A stretch of 64,000 bases of DNA from Macrostomum lignano (taxonomy: Eukaryota): the NCBI GenBank assembly GCA_002269645.1, contig NIVC01002239.1, positions 14,837-78,836 of the forward strand. Reading direction: 5' to 3'. A program made the position numbers and the translations under genes. The notes beneath the pieces were generated by a model. It was not told the DNA's origin, made no database searches, and saw only the letters and a program-made list of their open reading frames with translations. Positions 1 to 13,781 of the stretch are shown in pieces. The first letter of the stretch is position 1; each line of letters begins with the position of its first letter.

Positions 1-2077
1 AGACTTGAATGGCTTAATGATCCTTTAATATACTCATTTTCTAAGTTTGTTAAAAAAACTCCGTGTCAAAATAATAAAAAAACAGAAACTAGGACATTGT
101 CAAAAACTCTAATATTGTTAGTTGCTTCCTATAGACTTTTTGTAGCTTAAATAGTCCTTCTAGAAGCTAATGACTCTAAAACATTTTTGCCATTGATTAA
201 AAATTTAACTTGGTATGCTTTCTTTTAAATTTGAGCAACTTAACTATAGCATAGTTTTGTGCTTCATTGTGAAATTACAATTGATTTGAGTCACATAAGA
301 AATAAATGTCAATCAAATGATTAAAAAAGCAAGGTTAAGAAAATATATAAAATTTAAATGTTGCTCATTTCTTTTTTTATTTTTAGTTCATAATTGTAGT
401 CTAATCATTAAATTAGATTTCATATAGTTCTTTGACTGTTAATTTTTATTAAGTATCAACAAATAATTACTAGATATTTTGTTATTGTTTGCATGGTGTA
501 GTCCTACACTACACTACATATATTAAAATTAAAAAAGACTATTCTTGATGGACAGTTAGCAATCCATCTATGTATTATCTATCGAAATTATCTAGCTTAT
601 CTAGATTTTAGTATCTAATATTAGTATAATTACAAAACAACGATTTTATACATTCTCTGCTCTAGATTTTAGTCATGGTGGTTAGAAGTCAAAATTTAGA
701 TTTGCAATTGTTTACTTAGTAACCCATATCATTTATAAAGTTGCTCTTTGTATACGCTTCGTGTCGCGCAACGCACGATAATATTTTGTTTTGAGTGAGT
801 ATTAACGACGTCTGTGAATACAAATTTGCAAAAAAATATGTTGGCAATCATTTTTTATAAACGGCGGTAATAATCTCTAAATTTTAAAAATCAGGACGAA
901 TTTTTGCGTTAAAAAATGTGTGCGTAAATAATAAGTTCATCAAAACAAAACTATATTCTTTTTGACTGTCAAGCTTGCTTTTCTTTATCAGTTGATTTTT
1001 GAAAATATTGATAATCTATAAAACATTTGTATACAGGATGATAAATTCAATTACTAATAAAGCAAAGTGACGAACACGGACGTCTTACCATGTTGATTAT
1101 TGCTTAAATCATATTTGAGTATATTAATTATTGAGGACGGAATTTATGCACCTTCCCAAGCTCCTTCTAATGTACTTTACTGCCTACTGCCAGTGGTAAT
1201 GTCATTTTCTTCTTCCTCGATTTTGTTCCCCATTACCATTATTAATTCCTTCCTTTGTTCAGGCGCCAATCTAGTTGGCGCCAGATGATATGGGAGAATC
1301 ACATGACTGACAGATTTTGCTCGTCTGTAGGGTCAAACCATGCTTATAATACGAGATAGGGGCGCATCGCTGCGAGATAGACTGCAGTTCCAAAGCGACT
1401 CCTCCATATACTATAGCAATCAAGCAATCAAAGACTGAAAGATAATCTAAAAAAGTAAACTTCGGCGTTCGTCTAAAATAGATATTTATAAAAGTTGATA
1501 CGGAAAGTTGATTACCCTTAAGCTCCCCACGTCAGAATCATATCATATTTCTAAATTATACATGTACATGTAGGTCAGTTTATTGGCTCAATAAGCAGCC
1601 TCTTTGTCGACAGGCAGTTAAATTATGGGGGGGGGATCAGCCATAATTTATAACGCGTACGACAAAAAGTACATTCAAAGAAAGAATTAGATCATAAATA
1701 AGATCAAAAAGCTTTTCCCAGAATCTCTAGTGTAGCAGCAGTTAAAATACCAATAAATCTCTATATCTATATGCTAAAATGAACCTTATTTACAATAGAA
1801 GATTCAGGAAGGAGAGAACAGCGGCCAGTGCATGAGTTTAGGAGAAGCCGGCAACGTCTCAAAGCGGCACTAAGTGGATTTCTTTGTTCGGAAAAGGTGA
1901 GAAATTCCAATGATTGCTTTTCACTCAAAGCTTGGAGTGTTGCTGTGGCAACCAAACTAACTGGCAAAGAAGCTTATAATCACACTGCGCACACATAGGA
2001 AATATGCATTAGGTTGGCTCAGACGAGCTTGCTTTCTACCAAGGAGCATAAGGAGGGACTACCAAACCTCTTGAGTC

Positions 2078-4015
2078 ATGCTACTTCACTCGGAAGCTCT
2101 GTACTCTCTGCTGCTGCTGCTGCTGTTCCTGTCTGCCCGCCTGCCTGCAGCTGACGGCCTCGAAAACTCGCGCGCCTGGCTGAGGGGTTTCGACAACCTC
2201 AGCGACTACGAGGAGACGTCAAACCGAACACCTGTATACTCGATAAAACTTTGCCTGTTTGACGCCTCCGAGGCAGCTCACCTGGTCACCTACAATGAGA
2301 CTGACAGAACCTGCAAGGAGTTTCGGTGTCGACTGGGTCTGCCGAACTGCCGAAAGTGCCGCAGCTTGTCACTGGGCGGCTCGGGCGCGAACAATGTCAC
2401 GGAGGTCTAGGTGAGTTGAAGCCTTTACCGACTGTTTCAACTTTAATCTCGAGAAAGTTTGGCGCAGATCTTCATTTAGAAATCGCTTTCCTGTCTTGAC
2501 AATCAAGTGAGCCAGAAGACTTCATTGTACAGTTTTTTTAACACCGCAGACCCCGAAGCCCTTCGCCGACCAGTGCTGGATCACGGTGCAGCACCGAGTG
2601 TCCGACTCCGTGGACTTCAACCGCAGCTGGGCCGAATACAAGGCCGGCTTTGGCGAGGGACCGGCTGGCAACTTCTGGATCGGTGCGAACTGTTCTTGCT
2701 GCACTGCTGCTTGTTTGCCTTTCCCTCTTAATGTGTCTCAAACTTGTCTATGGTTGAGATGCTTTTGAAGTATAGCGTCGTCATAATTGAGATACGTCTT
2801 CTATATATGATGTTCGTGAAATAGTCCAAATTTCTATGGTGATGTCAGTTTGTTAGTCTATGGTGATGTCAGTTGTTAGTCTATGGTGATGTCAGTTGTT
2901 AGTCTATGGTGATGTCAGTTGTTATTCTATGGTGATGTCAGTTGTTAGTCTATGGTGATGTCAGTTGTTAGTCTATGGTGATGTCAGTTGTTAGTCTATG
3001 GTGATGTCAGTTGTTAGTCTATGGTGATGTCAGTTGTTAGTCTATGGTGATGTCAGTTGTTGGTCTATGGTGATGTCAGTTGTTAGTCTATGGTGATGTC
3101 AGTTGTTAGTCTATGGTGATGTCAGTTGTTAGTCTATGGTGATGTCAGTTGTTAGTCTATGGTGATGTCAGTTGTTAGTCTATGGTGATGTCAGTTGTTA
3201 GTCTATGGTGATGTCAGTTGTTAGTCTATGGTGATGTCCGTTGTTAGTCTATGGTGATGTCAGTTGTTAGTCTATGGTGATGTCCGTTGTTAGTCTATGG
3301 TGATGTCAGTTGTTAGTCTATGGTGATGTCAGTTGTTAGTCTATGGTGATGTCAGTTGTTAGTCTATGGTGATGTCAGTTGTTAGTCTATGGTGATGTCA
3401 GTTGTTGGTCTATGGTGATGTCAGTTGTTAGTCTATGGTGATGTCAGTTGTTAGTCTATGGTGATGTCAGTTATTAGTCTATGGTGATGTCAGTTGTTAG
3501 TCTATGATGATAGACACGCTGAGCACAGCCGCTCCACTTAAAAGACTCGCACTCCAACATTATGCCTGTTAACAGGACTGGAGCAGCTGCACTCTCTCAC
3601 CAACTCAAGCACTCAGTCGCGAAAGCTTCGAATTCTGATGAAGTCGTGGAACAGCACCGAGTTCTGGGCCGAATACTCCAACTTCAAGGTGGGCCCGGAG
3701 TCCGGCAAATACAAGATCAGCTTTTCCAGCTCTTACTCAAAAAGCCACTCAACAATTGGAAACTCGATGTCTGTCGCTAATGGCCAGCTGTTCTCCGCCA
3801 GGGACGCCAACAATGACGAATGCAGCAACAGAAACTTCAACTGCGCAGCCCACTACAACGGCTGGTGGTTCAGCTGCTGCTCCAATATCTTTCCGAATGG
3901 GCAGTTCTTCAACTATCCGACTGCTCTGAGCGCTCCGGACTGGAAAGGCATCGTGTGGCGCTACGGATTCGGGCCAGCGTACTCGCTGATGGAGATAGAG
4001 ATTCTCATCGCCTGA
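2078..4015 (+). CDS. Secreted fibrinogen-related domain protein (FReD) with a Cys-containing, PAN/apple-like N-terminal region; 3 exons: 2078-2404 (or -2410), 2550-2682, 3576-4015
   Basis: Signal peptide ([20 protein letters not shown]). Spliced frame gives [26 protein letters not shown]...NFWIG|LEQLHSLT...FSARDANND...[18 protein letters not shown], which are fibrinogen C-terminal domain motifs. AG/GT sites and phases are consistent. A TAG sits directly before the best exon-1 donor (see findings). Confidence 0.85.
2833..3506. repeat. 23-bp minisatellite (GTCTATGGTGATGTCAGTTGTTA)n, about 29 copies, in FReD intron 2
   Basis: Near-identical tandem units visible directly. Confidence 0.97.
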
Positions 4016-4031
4016 GTTGTACCGCTGAGTG

Positions 4032-4548
<517 letters not shown>

Positions 4549-4549
<1 letters not shown>

Positions 4550-6953
4550 TAGATCAAGTAGGCGGAACCGACTTTCTTATCATAAGCTTTATGCACCCAG
4601 TTTTGACCATAGATATCTGTTTGAAAACCCCAAGCGCAAAGCCCCGGAATCAAGTCATCCTTGCCACGAAATGGCACCAATTCAAATTCGCGTATATATT
4701 GAAACCTTCCTTCGTTTCCTTGTGCGAAAATGGCAAACACTGTGGCCCGATGGGGCGTTTTCCTTGTGCTCCCGGGAGGCAAAGCTACGACACGAGACAA
4801 AGGGAGTGAGCATCGGTGGAATGCATCTTGATTTCCTGAGCAGCAGTCCAGATGCTAGCTAGAGAAGTCCATGATTTCTTCATACATAAGCACAAGTAGC
4901 CAAGTCCTTCTCTGCTCCATACTGTCAACATCATTAATAATTCCGTTTAAGGTTTCTGCAAAATAAAAGCACTGCAGGTGATCCGTGCATGCAGAATTCA
5001 TAGCAAAATTTACACTGCAGTCTCATGATGTAGCTCGTAGCAAAGAAGAGAGAGTATGGCTGTTTTCCTTGTGAAATCATTGATTTATCCCAACGAATGT
5101 ATGAATAGAAATTTATTTTTTCAAAGAGAGTTTCAGCCTTGGTGGCAAAATTCACTTGGTTAGTAAAACAGCGTCTAAGAGGTTCGCGGGTGAACATCTG
5201 ATATTTTAATTTCAAGAATCTTACCATAGAGACCTGAGTGGAATGGAGACGCTTTCATAAGATGTCCTGTGTTTGCACGTCGTGTTTGCTTAAAAAGCAG
5301 AACCGATTTCTTTGCCACGAACCAGCCAGCAGAAAGTTCAACTAAGGGAGACATTAGAAGCAGTGTTCTACCGGTATGGCGTGCTCCCATAGCAACCTGC
5401 ATGCGCTCAGCCTCCAAAAGGCAGGAAGTCCTGTTCGACAACGTCAAAATTAAAGAAGCAGCTTGCATTGGCTAAACTCACTCGTGTAACCACGCCATAG
5501 AGAAAGACCGTCAAAGACTCTACTTAAAGGGGGCCATGGTTTGCTTGTTTTCCTTTAGGATGCTCATTTTGGCAATGACAGGGTCGTGGACAGCTGTACG
5601 CTCTCAGCAACGAAGTTTTTCGTCCTTAGCAACCAACTAATTTTCAAATAAGCTTTATTCCTCATCGCATATTGCGGCTTCCTACATTAGACTTCTTTCC
5701 TTCTCTGCCAGACTCTTTCTCCATAATGTATTCTCTCGCTATTTTGTCCCACATTGCTTCGGGATGTTAGACTAGCTGCGACGATGTTGTTTGATGTGAA
5801 ATTGATAGAAAAAAGGTACCTACGAGGAACAGTTTTCATGGAATTACTTTTAAAGTGGTTTAAGCAATAGGCATATACTACTGTTGAAGTGGTTACTTGC
5901 ATCGCCATTCCGCGAAAAAGAGTTGCGGCAAGAAAACTCTCTGGCTTTCTGGCTTCGCAGAAATTCACAATATGAAGAACTACCAATAAGTGCAGTTCTG
6001 TAAAGCCGAGAGATTTCATGGGCTTCGGTTGCAGTCAGGCTGGCGAGGAAGCTAAGAAACCGTTTCTAACTCGGCCTTCCTGCTCAAGAAAGAGAATTTT
6101 TCCAGCTGTTCGTTAGACAAACACACTTGGCAACATCGGCTGCCGCTGCCAGTCGCCAACGCAAGTGCGGCATATGGGAACTGGGGGCGTTGCTCAGCGC
6201 AATTCGCACATTTCAACAGGTCATTCAAGTCAGTCCAGGCTTGAACCCCATTGAGCATGTTTGGGAATTCAGCGACGAGTTCAACAGGGTGCATGATTGT
6301 GAAGCAATTGTATGAGGGTCTGTCTGATAGTACATGCTATTGTTATTTTGATGTGCTGATGTGGTGCTTTGGCGAAGATTATCTAGGTATTCTTTATTAG
6401 CATTAGGGATAGGGTTGGACTTTAGGTACATGCATGCAGGACACGGAAATTTGGGTAGGACTTCAAAACTAGCCCTGTTCTTTGTTGGTGTTTTGTCAAC
6501 CAAAATTTGGTTACTCTTCAACAACTTATACTACTTAAAGTTAGTAGCCTTTAGTCGCTTCGAATCCGCTTCGCAAATTGACTAGGTGAGCGCATGATTG
6601 GATTACGGGAAGCTTTGTTCAAGCAGTTCTCTACCTGGTAAAGCAGCACTTGCGCTTTCTGCCACTTCATTGGAGGCGAATCCATTTAACTCATTTCCTG
6701 ACCACCCGAACAGAACAGAGAGAAGAACATTTTCTAGCCTATAGCAGCTCCAAGGCTGTTGTCGGATTTTTCTATTAAAGCTTGGAGTTCTGTTCATCAC
6801 AGGTTGAGTCACAGGATTGCAAGCACAGAGCTGAACTCAGTCATGAACTGCACTCTGCTGCTGGGCCTCGCCGTCTGCTGCCTGGCACTGAATAGTCTTG
6901 TCCAAGCAATCTCTGCTGATGAGGCTCTTCTAAAAGCAATGGGTCTCAAGTCC
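4549..6953 (+). repeat. Copy 1 of a ~2.4-kb segment repeated at 7410-9810 (probable unmerged contig overlap)
   Basis: Both copies start ATAGATCAAGTAGGCGGAACCGAC after a GACA array and run colinearly to GGGTCTCAAGTCC. Differences are mostly 1-2 nt indels. Confidence 0.93.
6843..6953 (+). other. Truncated duplicate of LGIC1 exon 1, cut by the gap
   Basis: MNCTLLLGLAVCC...AMGLKS matches 9700-9810. Confidence 0.85.
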
Positions 6954-7036
6954 NNNNNNNNNNNNNNNNNNNNNNNNNNNNNNNNNNNNNNNNNNNNNNN
7001 NNNNNNNNNNNNNNNNNNNNNNNNNNNNNNNNNNNN
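6954..7036. other. Assembly gap (83 N)
   Basis: Run of N. Confidence 1.
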
Positions 7037-7410
<374 letters not shown>

Positions 7411-9699
7411 TAGATCAAGTAGGCGGAACCGACTTCTATCATAAGCTTATGCACCCAGTTTGACCATAGATATCTGTTTGAAAACCCCAAGCGCAAAGCC
7501 CGGAATCAAGTCATCCTTGCCACGAAATGCACCAATTCAAATTCGCGTATATATTGAAACCTTCCTTCGTTTCCTTGTGCGAAAATGGCAAACACTGTGG
7601 CCCGATGGGGCGTTTTCCTTGTGCTCCCGGAGGCAAAGCTACGACACGAGACAAAGGGAGTGAGCATCGGTGGAATGCATCTTGATTTCTGAGCAGCAGT
7701 CAGATGCTAGCTAGAGAAGTCCATGATTTCTTCATACATACGCACAAGTAGCCAAGTCCTTCCCTGCTCCATACTGTCAACATCATTAATAATTCCGTTT
7801 AAGGTTTCTGCAAAATAAAAGCACTGCAGGTGATCCGTGCATGCAGAATTCATAGCAAAATTTACACTGCAGTCTCATGATGTAGCTCGTAGCAAAGAAG
7901 AGAGAGTATGGCTGTTTTCCTTGTGAAATCATTGATTTATCCCAACGAATGTATGAATAGAAATTTATTTTTTCAAAGAGAGTTTCAGCCTTGGTGGCAA
8001 AATTCACTTGGTTAGTAAAACACGTCTAAGAGGTTCGCGGTGAACATCTGATATTTTAATTTCAAGAATCTTACCATAGAGACCTGAGTGGAATGGAGAC
8101 GCTTTCATAATGTCCTGTGTTTGCACGTCGTGTTTGCTTAAAAAGCAGAACCGATTTCTTTGCCACGAACCAGCCAGCAGAAAGTTCAACTAAGGGAGAC
8201 ATTAGAAGCAGTGTTCTACCGGTATGGCGTGCTCCCATAGCAACCTGCATGCGCTCAGCCTCCAAAAGGCAGGAAGTCCTGTTCGACAACGTCAAATTAA
8301 AGAAGCAGCTTGCATTGGCTAAACTCACTCGTGTAACCACGCCATAGAGAAAGACGTCAAAGACTCTACTTAAAGGGGGCCATGGTTTGCTTGTTTTCCT
8401 TTAGGATGCTCATTTTGGCAATGACAGGGTCGTGGACAGCTGTACGCTCTCAGCAACGAAGTTTTTCGTCCTTAGCAACCAACTAATTTTCAAATAAGCT
8501 TTATTCCTCATCGCATATTGCGGCTTCCTACATTAGACTTCTTTCCTTCTCTGCCAGACTCTTTCTCCATAATGTATTCTCTCGCTATTTTGTCCCACAT
8601 TGCTTCGGGATGTTAGACTAGCTGCGACGATGTTGTTTGATGTGAAATTGATAGAAAAAAGGTACCTACGAGGAAAGTTTTCATGGAATTACTTTTAAAG
8701 TGGTTTAAGCAATAGGCATATACTACTGTTGAAGTGGTTACTTGCATCGCCATTCCGCGAAAAAGAGTTGCGGCAAGAAAACTCTCTGGCTTTCTGGCTT
8801 CGCAGAAATTCACAATATGAAGAACTACCAATAAGTGCAGTTCTGTAAAGCCGAGAGATTTCATGGGACTTCGGTTGCAGTCAGGCTGGCGAGGAAGCTA
8901 AGAAACCGTTTCTAACTCGGCCTTCCTGCTCAAGAGAGAATTTTTCCAGCTGTTCGTTAGACAAACACACTTGGCAACATCGGCTGCCGCTGCCAGTCGC
9001 CAACGCAAGTGCGGCATATGGGAACTGGGGCGTTGCTCAGCGCAATTCGCACATTTCAACAGGTCATTCAAGTCAGTCCAGGCTTGAACCCCATTGAGCA
9101 TGTTTGGGAATTCAGCGACGAGTTCAACAGGGTGCATGATTGTGAAGCAATTGTATGAGGGTCTGTCTGATAGTACATGCTATTGTTATTTTGATGTGCT
9201 GATGTGTGTGCTTTGGCGAAGATTATCTAGGTATTCTTTATTAGTTTTTGGCAAAGCATTAGGGATAGGGTTGGACTTTAGGTACATGCATGCAGGACAC
9301 GGAAATTTGGGTAGGACTTCAAAACTAGCCCTGTTCTTTGTTGGTGTTTTGTCAACCAAAATTTGGTTACTCTTCAACAACTTATACTACTTAAAGTTAG
9401 TAGCCTTTAGTCGCTTCGAATCCGCTTCGCAAATTGACTAGGTGAGCGCATGATTGGATTACGGGAAGCTTTGTTCAAGCAGTTCTCTACCTGGTAAAGC
9501 AGCACTTGCGCTTTCTCTGCCACTTCATTGGAGGCGAATCCATTTAACTCATTTCCTGACCACCCGAACAGAACAGAGAGAAGAACATTTTCTAGCCTAT
9601 AGCAGCTCAAGGCTGTTGTCGGATTTTTCTATTAAAGCTTGGAGTTCTGTTCATCACAGGTTGAGTCACAGGATTGCAAGCACAGAGCTGAACTCAGTC

Positions 9700-12600
9700 A
9701 TGAACTGCACTCTGCTGCTGGGCCTCGCCGTCTGCTGCCTGGCACTGAATAGTCTTGTCCAAGCAATCTCTGCTGATGAGGCTCTTCTAAAAGCAATGGG
9801 TCTCAAGTCCATCTACAATCGAGAGGTTCGCCCGGAGCCAGACCTGGACAATGCCAACCTCATTGATGTGTCATTCAACCTGAACAGGCTGGTTAAAGTG
9901 GTACGCTCGTAATCGAACTTCTGAAACTCTTGCCTGAATAAGGATCTTACGTAAACCAGATTTTTAGATTTTTAATAAAGATTTTCTTAGTTTTTTAGCA
10001 ATCAAAATCCAATATTCTCCTTCTTTTCTGGATTTTCGCTGGAGTTTGGGGTCCTACTTGGGATCCAAAGGTCATTGACACACAAGTCATTCATATTCAT
10101 CGCAAATTCTTTTCATGCTTTTCAGGATTCCGCTGCTCAAGAAATTATGCTCCAGATGTGGTTCAACTTGGTGAGTCTTCATCCAATAGACTTAGTTGGG
10201 TAGGCTCTACAATTCCCTCATGAAGATTTGATCGAGCGCAAAGATCTTCGCCCCAAACCCCGGCAGGAGTGGACGGACCCTCGGCTGGCCTGGTTGGGAA
10301 AATTCAACTCAACTTTCGACAATGTGAGCTCGATATTCGTGCCGGCAGACCTGATCTGGCAGTCCGATGTCGGCTTCTTCGATCTGTGAGACCCTTCTGC
10401 ATCATTCTTTAGAGAAACTTTACGAGGAACCTGCTGACTTCATCATTTTTAAACAAATTTCCAAGGCCCACGGGCAGTGCATTCAGAAGGATGTACTTGG
10501 AACACTTTTAAATTATAAAATTATCATCACCTGAAGTCGCTTGATTTAACATTTTCCAATTTTTGGATATGAAACTTTTTCAATGCATTTTGAAATGCTA
10601 CTACTCATTTTACGAGTTGTCCTTGTCCGAAATTTAAAGCTTCATTCGCATTCTAGATTGGATTTCAAGCGAACATCAAGTGAGCGAGTAGTTCTTGTTC
10701 TGAAAAACAATGGCATGGTGCAGTACTCAATCGAGGTTCTCACTCTGTCCAAGTGCGAGATGGACATGGCCGGGTTTCCCTACGACACGCAGACCTGCAC
10801 TCAGCAGGTGGGCTCGGCAGTCCAGACAACGGAGACAATCAGGCTCAAGTTGGAAATTCAGAGCGAGAGGGATACTATAACTACCTATTAGGCTAAGAAT
10901 ACCGACTTCTGCATTCTGAATGTGACAGCGAAACAGACGGTCGATGTTGAGTACGACAAGATCGACTTTACTATAAAGATCAAGGTGAGTTCAACTATGA
11001 AAAAGAAAGCTAACTATCTGTTCAGTGCCCAACTGGCTGAGAATATTGGCAAGGGAATAAAAGTATTATCTAAGCCACGAATCAAAGGGCAGAACTGCAA
11101 CGCGTTTGACTCTCTCGCGAAAAGTACCTGTCTGGATTCGGTTCCGTGAGCGGTCACACAAATTTTGTGTTGCTATCCGTATGCGTTCTCAAGGTTTTGT
11201 GTCCTGGCTGGCTGTGGGTCAACCGTCATATCGCCTTGATACGGCAGAAATGTTCAAAAAGCCCCGCTAACGAAGTAACGAATGCACCTCAATTAGTCAA
11301 AAGCCAAAAAGAGTAAAATGACAGTAAAAGCACGAAATCTAGCAGCAAAGCGATCGGATTTCAATAAAATCTCCTGAAAACTCCTGAAATTTAAAAGCCA
11401 CTGATGGTAACGCTACAGAAAAATGCTTACTGTGTATTTCAGCGTCGAACCACTTTCTACGTGATGAACCTCATCTTGCCCAGCATCCTCCTGCTCGCCA
11501 TCTCAACTCTGGCCTTCTGCCTGCCGCCAGACTGCGGCGAGCGAATCTCGTTCAGCGTCACCATCGTGCTGTCCATGTGCGTGTTCCTGCAGCTCACTAG
11601 CAACTACATACCTGCTCAAAGCAATTCCGTGCCTCTACTCAGTGAGTGCAGCTTCAGCACTTTTTCATTTAGCATCTCTGCTCACTGTCACCCGAATGTA
11701 ATTTTGCATCAGAATAAAATTTTACCCTGAGCCAAGAGTCCTTTTTGGCAGTAATGTTTAAGCGCCGAAGGCAGGTGTTTTTTGGGAACTTGACCAGCTG
11801 AGCACCCCCATACTATTTACTCCCCTCACTCGAGCCCATCGCCGCGAGCACTTAATTAACCTGAGACCTGTTTTGCCAGAGAATAAGTACTTCGTTCACA
11901 GGCACAGCTACCTTCTGCTTCTCTACCTTCTGAGTGGCTAACTTCCCCTTGACCTCTGCTGTATGGCTAACTAACAGCTAATGGCAGCTAAGCAATAATC
12001 TCAAAGGTAGTGCCCCAAACTCAATGCCAGGAAACATTACCGAACACCGAATTTCCTTTGCCGCCAGCCTACTACTGCAGCCTAGCAGTCGGCATGACGA
12101 TGGTCAATGTTCTAGCGAATGCGTTCGTGTTGAACTGCCACTACCGCCGGCTGACGCAGCCCCGGGTTTCCAACTGGCTGATCCGCCTGCTGTTCCTCAA
12201 CCGGTTCGTGGCCCGTCGCAGGCGGCTGTTTGGCATCGATTCGGTGAGCGGCGACGCACTCTGGCCCAGCAATTGCTAAGCATTGCTGTTGGAATAGCAC
12301 GGATGTCAAAAGTTCATGGGGAATAGCTCAAATGCTACCCGATCCCTGGGACATTGTCGGGTTTTTTCAAGCTAGCTATCTGATATGTGCAAAATCTCCT
12401 TATAGCGCACTGCATGCGTTTGCTCTAGGCCTATGAAAATGTCAAAAGTGAAATTTTATTTTGCGTAGGAACTTTAGTTCCAAGAGGGTGCCCGCATGTG
12501 CACTGGCTAGCAGTATATATAGTAGATTTGATGTTGTTAGAAATCTACTCTTTGATGGAACAATGCGCACGATGTCTCACGTGTGTGCTTTTATAGTTAC

Positions 12601-13781
12601 CTGGACTTTTGGGTACGTAGAAACGGAAAAAGATGATTTTTTTCGCATCAAAGGCCAATAAAGCGACTTAATTTGTCTATGCTAGTTAATTGTTCCAGTG
12701 GAACTCCTCCTCTGGAGGAGAAAGGGGGTGGCAATCCCATCGCCAGAATTCCATTCCCTGAAATCCATCAGCCGAAATCCCATGACTTGAATCTTATCTT
12801 TCAAATCGTCTCCAAATCCTCTATAAAACCTTTCAAATCCTTTCAAATACCAAAACTTGTTTTCCGTGTTCACGAAAACTTTATATTAAATGGCCCAGCT
12901 ACTTAACAAATCCCAGACCTTTTTGTTTGGAGTTTGAAATTGAACTTTGAGCAGCCGTTAAATAGATTTCCAACTAAAAGCAGTATCTTTGCACAATCAC
13001 ATGACAAAATGAGAGTTAGAAAGGCTTATAGCCATTTTTTAAACCTAGAATCATAATTACGCACGTATTTAAAGAGGTAGACTACACCTTTTCACGTTCA
13101 ATTTTGAACAAAGTCCAGTTCTAAAAAAACTAGCGGAAATTCAATTCAGACAATTCAGACTGGGGACAATTTTGTCTATGGCTAAACCTCGCTTCCGTAG
13201 CAGAATGTTTTGAACTGGGGTTTGTTGCCCCAGTCTGAATTGTCTGAATTGAATTTCCGCTAGTTTTTTTAGAACTGGACTTTGTTCAAAATTGAACGTG
13301 AAAAGGTGTAGTATTGTTGCATGCACTAGGATCACCCGAAACAGTGAAAACCCGACATGGTAAATAAAGCCAGACGGCCCAACTCAGGCTTCAATCGTTT
13401 TGTTTGAGCAATCTCACGCTAGTTAACCAAACAATTTCGTTTCAAGTACATGTACTTTTCAGACGAGTTGATGCCTCAGTCCTCTTTACTGATTTTCAGC
13501 GCACCAGAAAGGCCGTCAACGCTCTGGATGGCAGAGCGGAGGGCTGTCAGAAACCTCCGGGCGAGTCAGCTGAAGGCAAGGACTCGCCATTGCCGGATGC
13601 CGCTCCCAGAAGGCTCGACTCGGCTTTCCTGCATTGTCATGACAACGATTGGGATGTTGTAGTCTCAGTCACGGACACTGTTTTCTTTCTGCTGTATTTT
13701 TTCTTGACCACGGCCATCATCGTGACTCTGGTGATAATCGAGACCAGGAACTCCAAGGTGAACTGCATCACTGGTGACTGA
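9700..13781 (+). pseudogene. LGIC1: nAChR-like Cys-loop channel subunit, 7 exons (9700-9900, 10126-10170, 10267-10385, 10657-10984, 11443-11641, 12068-12243, 13500-13781), one in-frame TAG at 10889-10891
   Basis: Signal peptide, YNREVRP, WTDPRLAW, WQSDV, Cys-loop CEMDMAGFPYDTQTC, M1-M2 LPPDCGERISFSVTIVLSMCVFLQ, M3 and M4 (DWDVVVSVTDTVFF). All splice sites are GT/AG with matching phases. The stop is the only lesion seen. Confidence 0.85.
13081..13312. mobile_element. MITE with perfect 85-bp terminal inverted repeats, in LGIC1 intron 6
   Basis: 13081-13165 is the exact reverse complement of 13228-13312. TA dinucleotides at 13083-84 and 13309-10 fit a Tc1/mariner-type TA duplication. Confidence 0.85.

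Noticed and set aside
1-1420. AT-rich block with a hairpin (GGCGCCAA-TCTAG-TTGGCGCC, 1262-1282) suggesting a Helitron or other element end
   Set aside because: No matching terminus, second copy or coding remnant in the window.
5687-6294. Minus-strand ORFs faintly resembling a transposase C-terminus (QFPYAALALA...CCQVC)
   Set aside because: No catalytic motif, TIR or TSD could be established, and the frames differ between the two copies.
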